Assembly (NCBI RefSeq): GCF_006345805.1
Contig: NC_043006.1
Location: 100,378,001-100,442,000, forward strand
DNA length: 64,000 nucleotides
Direction: 5' to 3'
Source: Octopus sinensis
Taxonomy: Eukaryota
The notes under the pieces: generated by a model
What the model was told of the DNA's origin: nothing
The model's database searches: none
What the model saw: the letters and a program-made list of their open reading frames with translations, nothing else
Shown here: positions 55,481 through 64,000 of the stretch, in pieces
Numbering within the stretch: the first letter of the stretch is position 1
Layout: each line of letters starts with the position of its first letter
Translations under genes and position numbers: made by a program

Positions 55481-55625
55481 CATACATATATATACATATA
55501 GATATATGTATGTATATGTATATAATATATATATATATGTATATATATGTATATATGTATATATATATATCTAATCATCTATCTATCTATATATATATTA
55601 TATATATGATATTATATGTATATTA

Positions 55626-55701
<76 letters not shown>

Positions 55702-55904
55702 GTTATATATATATATATATAATATATATATAATATATATCATATATAATATATACACATATTATATTTCTTATATATATATATAATCAAGGTGCATATA
55801 TGGCGTACTCCGAGGAAAAAACCGCCAACAGGCCACTACAGGTAGACTGTTAGCGATTTTCCCTCTCTCTCTCTTTCTTTTCTTTTGGACTTTCTTATAG
55901 CTCC

Positions 55905-55941
55905 TGTTTCCGAAGAGGAGCTATGCTCGAAGCGTAAAACA
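55905..55941 (+). ncRNA. Degenerate minimal hammerhead relic
   Basis: TGTTT-CCGAAGA-G-GAGC(TAT)GCTC-GAAG-CG-TA-AAACA; U4 changed to C and A15.1 to G. Confidence 0.45.
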
Positions 55942-56057
55942 ACCACTCTTTCCTTCTCTAAGCGTCTTATTAATACTTTACATGTTTCATTGATTCCATA
56001 TCTACTCTTTACTCTGCTCACTTGGTGTTTTCCATATTGAGATTCTCATGATTTTAC

Positions 56058-56124
<67 letters not shown>

Positions 56125-57929
56125 TTGCATACATATATATGAAGATGCTGAAGTTTCTTGTGCTGTATCATTTGTCTACAAGTCCTCGCCTGATTCAAAC
56201 GATATATTATGTATTCAGTACTTTTATCCTTATCTTTATTCTCCAAGCTTTCGTGAACCTGTTTAACTACATACATCTCACTCCCTCTCTCTTTCTATCG
56301 GCTCTCTCCCTCTCCTTCTCTCTCTCTCTCGCTCTCTCTTTAGATTTGTTTGTGACCGTGTGTGTTTGCATGTGTGTATTAGCGAATTTTATATCATATA
56401 TGTGTATATTGTTTAAGTGTATTCATTTCAGTTAACTTTCTTCATGCTCATATCTGCTTGTTTACCCAATGAATTATGTTCTACACTTTTGTTCTTTTCC
56501 CTTTGGCGCTAGAATAATCAATTCTTCGGATAACAGTGGAAGCAACTAACTGTATTATGAGGTCACTAAACTAGCTTAATTGAGTAGACATTACATTATC
56601 TCAATTGATGATATCAAACTATTTAATACCCTTTAGTCTCAAGTACTTAACGACATGTTAAATAAAAGAAAGTAGAGTTTTCTTTTTTCCTTTTTATTCC
56701 TTTTTTTTCTTTGCTTGTCGCTCAGGCTATATTGGGTCAATAACCAAACATAGATGAGTGAACAAAACAGAATAGAACATTATAAAAATGCGAAAGATTT
56801 TCAGAAAAGACTATGATAGTCGAATTATATTAGCATTCTTGAGAAAACGAAATGCTGAGAACAAGGTGTAGGCATAAAATTATTAACTGTTACAATAACT
56901 ATTAGCAAAAGTAAACGACGAAAAAGCAAACTATTATTATAATATTCAGTGAGAATATTCTGGAAAAAACAATTCTGACTGTACACCTTTGAAGTCATTG
57001 CCGTAATACTTAGCATGTTATTTGGCTTCTCTCCGATTTTTCTATCGTAATATTCAGGAAAGATTATGAGCTTTCTGAATAAAACGTTCATCTATTTGAG
57101 TAGTAATCTCCCTCATGATGGAACCCAGATGAGATATGTGCAAAAAGGAAATTTTCGTATATCACCAGCATCTCTTCTACTTACAGCGGTGAATTATTCG
57201 CTTCACTTTACCTATTTATCGCACGGTACATACTAACAATAACCAGAATAATACTGGTTAAACTAATACATATCCCCCCCCCATATAAAGTTATAATAAT
57301 ACAATATAGGTGTCTTCGAGTTCATATTCTTCAAGCTCGCCAAAATAAAGTCCGATTCACACACTACGTCACCATACTCTTTGTCTCAGATTGTGACCTT
57401 GTTCCAATGTCAAAATTCAATATTCTTTTCATTTAATGATGTGCAATATAAAATTGAATATTTGACAACGGACAGAATTTTTTTTTTCTTAGGAATGAAG
57501 GTATCTGCTTACGAAGAAACGAGCTTGATATGTATGAATGTATCTTTGAGTTCAGCAATTCTGGTGGGGGTGGGATGTTGCCTCTTTTGGATCGGATTTA
57601 GAATGTTACACTGCTTTGTAATATTTTATCTTTTTGAAAGGATTTTTATTGTCTAACAAGGTCACAAGTAGAACAGATAAGGGTACACGGAGAAAGACGA
57701 CAAATGCAAAACGAGAAAATATTTAAAGAGTTCAGAAAGAAGGGGCTTAAAAAGAAGGGGCTTAACTTTTTCCTGCCTCTTTCTCTTAATTATTGTTTTC
57801 AAGTTTTATGAAGATTTTGCAAAATTTTACCGATTTTGCTTTTGTTCTCATTTGAATTTGGCCCTTTATGATGTTTCTTCACATTCAAACATTAGTCATG
57901 ACTTATGGTATTCCATAAGAAGATTGCTT

Positions 57930-58290
57930 TCTAACCACATGTTTCCGGGTTCAAATCCACTGTGTAGCACCTTGGGCACGTGCCTTCTACTATAGCCTCG
58001 AGCCAATCAAAGCTTTCTGAGTGGATTTGGTAGGCGGAAACTGAAAGAAGCCTGTTGTATATATGTGTGTGCGCGCGCGTGTTTTGATGCCTCTGTTTGT
58101 CCCCCACAACTGGCGTCGGTGTGTTTATGTCCCCGTAAATTAGCGGTTGGGGAAAAGAGATCGATAGACTAAGTACCAGACATAACAAAAAATAAGTTTT
58201 GTGGTAGATCCATTCGACTAAAAATTCTTCAAAACAGCGCTCCAGCATGGCCGCAGTCTAATGACTGAAACAGGTAAAATATAAAGATAA
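57930..58290 (+). mobile_element. Diverged family A SINE
   Basis: CCACATGTTTCCGGGTTCAAATCC...GCGCTCCAGCATGGCCGCAGTC. Confidence 0.8.
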
Positions 58291-59164
58291 AAAATGCCTT
58301 GCAGTGTTTTTTCACTGTCAAACGTGATTCATGCCTTGTGGTGTCTTTCAAAGAATATGTGATACACGATGATGTTTCTTCACTTTCGAAAATTAATCTC
58401 GCCCTAGAATAATTCTTCTCTTTAATGCATTCATCGTACGTCATAATGTTTCTTTCTTTCGAGCATTAATCATGCCCTGTGGTGTTTCTTCAGTTTCAAA
58501 CATCAATCAAGTTTTGTTGGAAATTATTTTGCTTTTTCATTACAAGTTTTAGCTAATTTATCGATCTACAACGAAATCTCTACATCAGTTTGAAAAGCTG
58601 CTGACTTAGTGAGAGCAGTTGCTTTTTAACCCCAGATCAGACCCGATAGGCCAAACTCATAATCGGAAATATTCCAGTTATGGAGTATTGTGAATCATGA
58701 AGTAGAGTATGTTTTTTCTTAATGGCAAAGTGTGATCTGAGTGGCATTTGGTTGCTGTTTTTGTCAGCTTCAACTAATATCAGCGGCTTTTCTTCGTTAT
58801 TAAATTATAGATTTTTCCCGAAAACATTGATATCAAGCAGGTGGTGATTTACACAACGCAACAACTCGTTATCCTGTCATCACAGATAACACTGTTGTGC
58901 ATACTGTGTTTTAGTTTATTTACAGTTTGTAATCATTAAATTCTACAAATATTATTGAGTTGTTGGATTAGGCTGAGGATTACGATCTTCCTTTTCTTGA
59001 TACAATTCCAAAGTAATATGGCAACGAAATTATGAGTCATATTCATCTCGTATCTCGGAAACATTTTTTTCAGTTTGCTATATTAAGTAAAATGTAGTTC
59101 ATTTTTATTTTGATGGGCCTCCACTAATTCTCTTCTATATTAGTGAATTTATATAGTATTATAT

Positions 59165-59505
59165 GGAGAAGGCGCATCGCTCAATGGTTAGAGCGTCGAG
59201 CTTACGATCGTGAGGTTGTGAGCTCGAATCCCGGTCCGGGCTGCGTGTTGTGTTCTTGAGCAAAGCACTTTATTTCACGTTGCTCCAGTTCACTCAGCTG
59301 TAGAAATGAGTTGCGACGTCACTGGTGCCAAGCTGTATCGACCTTTGTCTTTCCCTTGGATAACACTGGTGGCGTGGAGAGGGGAGGCTGGTATGCATGG
59401 GCGACTGCTGGTCTTCCATAAACAACCTTGCCCGGACTTGTGTCTAGGAGGGTAACTTTCTAGGTGCAATCCCATGGTCATTCATGACCGAAGGGGGTCT
59501 TTACA
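59165..59505 (+). mobile_element. Family C SINE variant with tRNA-like head
   Basis: GGCGCATCGCTCAATGGTTAG...GCTCGAATCCC head, TTCTTGAGCAAAGCACTT core. Confidence 0.85.
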
Positions 59506-59811
59506 TGTGATAAGACATGTCCGTCAGGGATTCCCCGGACAAGCTTTCTCTCGGTTCAGTTTGTTGCATTAAAACTGGCAGTTTTATTTCTTAAGTACCT
59601 AAAACTACCGCTATCAGTGAACATTGTTATTCATTACTCACATTATGGGAATATTTAATCTCTCCAAATGTTCCACAAGTACATTCACAAACACAAACAT
59701 TTTTTTAAATAATGATATTATCTATTCAGCAATTACTAAATTAATCGTGCAGAAAAATATATAACTTCCTTCCATGTTAACATATTTGAATTTCCCGTGA
59801 CAATATGTGAT

Positions 59812-60215
59812 TTACTCTTTACTCTTTTACTCTTTTACATGTTTCAGTCATTTGACTGCGGCCATGCTGGAGCACCGCTTTTAGTCGAGCAAATCGACCC
59901 CGGAACTTATTCTTTGTAAGCCCAGTATTTATTCTATCGGTCTCTTTTGCCGAACCGCTAAGTGACGGGGACGTAAACACACCAGCATCGGTTGTCAGGC
60001 AATGCTAGGGGTACAAACACAGACACACAAACACATACACATACATACATATACATATATATATACATATATACAACAGGCTTCTTTCAGTTTCCGTCAA
60101 CCAAATCCACTCACAAGGCATTGGTTGGCCCGTGTCTATAGCAGAAGACACTCGTCCAAGATGCCACGCAGTGGGACTGAACCCGGAACCATGTGGCTGG
60201 TTAGCAAGCTACCTC
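59812..60215 (-). mobile_element. Family A SINE
   Basis: Reverse complement of the family consensus seen in this window. Confidence 0.9.
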
Positions 60216-60359
60216 CTCACAAAGTACATTAACTCTCTGCATTACAATACCGTGTAACATAATGTTTTCACTTTTATTCTAAAGATTTCGTGTAAAGTCA
60301 ACTTCAAGAATTCAAATTAATGTATCACAAAGGTAAATTCTTTTGTTGTTTGTTCCTTT

Positions 60360-60640
60360 TCGAGCCACGCCTGGCTCATAAGGGCCGGTTTCCCGGTTAC
60401 CTTGGCCTATAGGTTCCCCACCTGGACAGGAGGCCGGTCCGTCGCAGGTGAGCTGCAAGATGCAGGAGGAAAGAGCGAGACAAAGTTGTCAGCAGAAGTT
60501 CGCCATTACCTTCAGCCGGAGCCGCGTGGAGCTTAGGTGTTTTCGCTCATAAGCACATACATCACTCGGTCTGAGATTCGAACGCGCGATCCCTCGACCG
60601 CGAGTCCACTGCTCTAACCACTAGGCCATGTGCCTCCACT
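60360..60640 (-). mobile_element. Family D SINE
   Basis: Minus-strand head TGGAGGCACATGGCCTAGTGGTTAG. Confidence 0.8.
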
Positions 60641-61093
60641 CACAAACGCAATATATAGGTATGGTAAGTAAATACCTGTTTAATACTAATAACAGAAACT
60701 GATCATATTTTCCTTAACTTGCTTCATGTATTCATGTCTTGTGAACTGGGTCATCATTCTAAATGTTATCATCTTGCGCTAAATATATTTATCGTCAAAC
60801 CTTTCATTTCAAGTTTAAATTGACAAAACATTGTTTTCCGTCTAAATCTGTATTGCATTTACTGGTTCATACTGTACCCATCTGACAGCGGCCGAATACT
60901 GTGAAGTAGGCTCGGATTCTTTCCAAGATGGTTAATACGCTTAGCATAGCAACTCATTCAAGCAATTGAAAAATGTGTCACTTATTTCATACGTTTAGAT
61001 TATTCAGTTCTGTAAAATTGATAAAGGTGTTAGTGACACATTTATATGCTTGTATTCATTATTATATTTGTGGTAATCTTTCTATATTTTTTA

Positions 61094-61488
61094 CTAGCAG
61101 TATCGCCCGGCGTTGCTCGGGTTTGTAAGGGAAATAACTATATAAGCATTTTTAGAGATGTAAAGTATAATAGCCATCTCAATATGGCTAACCACAAAGT
61201 GGTGGGCGTTAATGTAGCTTTTTACGTTCTAAGATTTAATAATAAATTTTTAGAGAGTTACTTCCCTTATATATGCCAAAAATGCATTAAAAATGGGAAA
61301 AATTGATGGCAAATTTTTTTAAATCGTAGACTCATCGTAGACGCGCGCTAATACCCAGAAGGGCTCGATATGAATCACAACTATAAGATACCCGGTTTTG
61401 GTTAAACTGCACCGCAAAATGTGGGAGTAGTTAGGAATCTAAATCGTAGGAGACAGACAGCACAGAACCTTACTTTTATATATAAAGA
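61094..61488 (-). mobile_element. Complete short non-autonomous Helitron (395 bp)
   Basis: Minus strand A|TCTTTATATATAAAAG...CCCGAGCAACGCCGGGCGATACTGCTAG|T; 3' end nearly identical to the 26499 element, interior different. Confidence 0.8.
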
Positions 61489-63033
61489 TATCTGCCGTTG
61501 TTCATAATTTGCTTCGGGTTAACCCAAATGTGGCAGATTTATGATTAACGATGTTCTCACCATATTACGTCTTGTCCCATTTTTAATCAATGTGTACCCG
61601 GTATAACGGTGTCGAATTTGATCTTCATTATCGTTACGATTTTAAAGAGATTTAGCTGTTCAATCAATCATGTAGAGGCGCACGATAATTAGTTTATTAA
61701 ATTTGTCGTTTTCTCTCCAAAGGGCTTTCTTACAACTTCCCGTTTCCCTTTATTGGTAGTACCTAACAGCCTTGTTGCCGCTTATACAAGAACACTTGTG
61801 AAGTTATTAAGGGACATTCCTCATCAGTGTGAGACTGATATACATATATATCTATATGTTAAAAGTTTTATAACACTGGTGCCAACCATTGCTTCTATTT
61901 TTAATTTCTTATGTCCAGATACTAATTGGAATATATGTCAGTGAGAAGATGAAAAATATAAAATAACATGAAAACACAAAAGTAAATTACTTAGTCAATA
62001 AACTAATTGGTGCAGGCCGTACCTTAATCAGATCAAAATGACGGAAATAACATCAGGTGCTAACTGAGAAAAAGAAGAGTGAAAAATCAAAGGAAAAGTG
62101 CAACACCGATGATGTTAGGGAAATGAAAATATCAAATAATAACGATCGCTACGAAATGAACTAAAAGCACGGCGAAAGAATTTCATTTAAATGCACGATG
62201 TTCTCTGAACTGAAGCGAAGTAATTCGAGAACTGTGTGAACTAATTGATATTATCAAGATGTGATCTAATTCACCATGTTGTAAGGTTTATTGGCAATAA
62301 GTGCACACAAGCTGTTGTTGGGTGGTATCTAAGAGATAGAAAGATATATATATATATAACCACTCAGTGGTTATAAAAGACAATGAGATAAAGAGTTACT
62401 TAAAGAGTTCGGTGACAAATTGAAAACAAGGTTGAAATCAAAGGCAAAATATAAGAACATTGCAAACAGTAAGAAATAAGGAGATATGATGATCTGGTGT
62501 AAAGGAGAAATATATATTCGAAATTATATATACTATATACACCCTACCTTCACCCCGTAACTAATAGTTGCTTTTAGACACAAACGTACATATGTAGCCC
62601 TGAGTAGAAAATTAATTTTAGGCTTTCTAATAAGCGCTCTGTCGTACGTAGAAGATTTGTTTATTAATTTAATCACGCTGGCGACGAACGTGTGGTTTGC
62701 GGCCTAGTTTAGTCATCGCAAATAAAATCAGGTTTGTGTTTCACTTAAATAGCGATTGTTGTAATTTCCGTTCGTAGAATACTTGTCTCCTGATAAGTAG
62801 TAGACAACCGGCTTTGAAACAAGTGAAGATAATCCTCTTTCATTTTTCTGTGTAAAAACAATAAAATATATTGTGACATTTCAATGTTGGTTTATAAAAA
62901 TGTTCTCACAATAAAAAAAAAATGTGTTTAGATTTGTGCGAGTTCCACAGAAAAGGTTTTATGAACTGGTTTCACTACATTAAATTTGCCGTGCTTCCTC
63001 TAATAGACGCTGCCATGTGCATAGAACATTTGC

Positions 63034-63079
<46 letters not shown>

Positions 63080-64000
63080 TGTGTGTATGTTTGTGTATGT
63101 GTGTGGGTGCGTGTGTGTGTATATATTCATACACATTTACCTATGTATGTATATATATATATAAAGATGTCTATTTATGGATTTATGTATGCCTGATTGA
63201 TGGGATACACGTATATGTTAAAAGAATTGGAAAGCAGTCACTCAGAAGATATAAATGAGCGTCGAAACCGCAACAACTAAAATCTATGGGAAAAAAATAT
63301 TTCTGAAAAGTTTGTCACGGATTTAACCGAAAATACACGCAGATTTCAGTTGTTCTAATTTAATCAGATTTTTTTCTATATATTTTATTTTATATGACAA
63401 CGCACAATAGTTAACAATAAAACTGAACAAAACAAGAAGAACACAATACATTTATAACGTTCTCCATGATAAGTCAACGCTTTCAACATAACCTTTGACC
63501 TTTATAACTTTAAACCACAAAAGGTTTATTTTTGCGAGATTTCTTTTCTATTTATTACGATTTTTTAACATAAAAGTCTTCTATCTTCAAAAGTAAATAA
63601 ATCTTTCATCCATAAAGCAAACATGACGGAAATGTATATGTCACATACACACAAACACACACACACAGTTACACGTGCAGACGAACACACACACCCGCAA
63701 ACATATACGCACACAAACGCTTATACGCAAACACACATACACATGCAAACCAAACAAGCACACACACACACATATATATATATACACACTCATCCAACCA
63801 TATGTGCAAGCGTATATATATATATATATATATATGTAGATATATATAGATAGATAGATAGATATATAGATAGATAGATATATGTAATAGATACCAAGAT
63901 ACACCTAAAAATATATGTGTACGTTTGTGTATATATACAGACATATATACACATGTACATACCTATAGGCATATATGTATGTGAATATATGGATATATAC

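Noticed and set aside
57493-57600. EGF-like look (NEGICLRRNELDMYECI) after a strong acceptor
   Set aside because: The last EGF cysteines are missing, exon phase is atypical and the frame stops shortly after.

Overview
AT-rich, microsatellite-saturated eukaryotic DNA. The SINE families, the repeat spectrum and the (TA)n/(TACA)n/(GATA)n/(ATT)n load point to an Octopus (coleoid cephalopod) intergenic or intronic region; this is an inference from repeat recognition. I could not confidently identify any host protein-coding exon, and most ORF-track entries are translated microsatellites. Decayed mobile elements that can be recognised: a 5'-truncated RTE LINE (2341-5023) flanked by a 44-bp direct repeat, three R4/Dong-type RLE retrotransposon fragments (about 8.9-14.8 kb), CR1/L2-like 3' fragments, a Neptune-type Penelope-like element (about 22.8-25.0 kb), a near-full-length mariner (54206-55398), Tc1-type ends, non-autonomous Helitrons and about 30 tRNA-derived SINE copies from several families. 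The most notable non-coding signal is an intact-looking type I hammerhead ribozyme with a palindromic helix III (47929-48006). At least four degenerate relatives of it lie elsewhere in the window, mostly next to (TA)n tracts and inverted repeats. Several perfect or long palindromes are also present (413-528, 47728-47824, 48566-49604). Many element boundaries are approximate.
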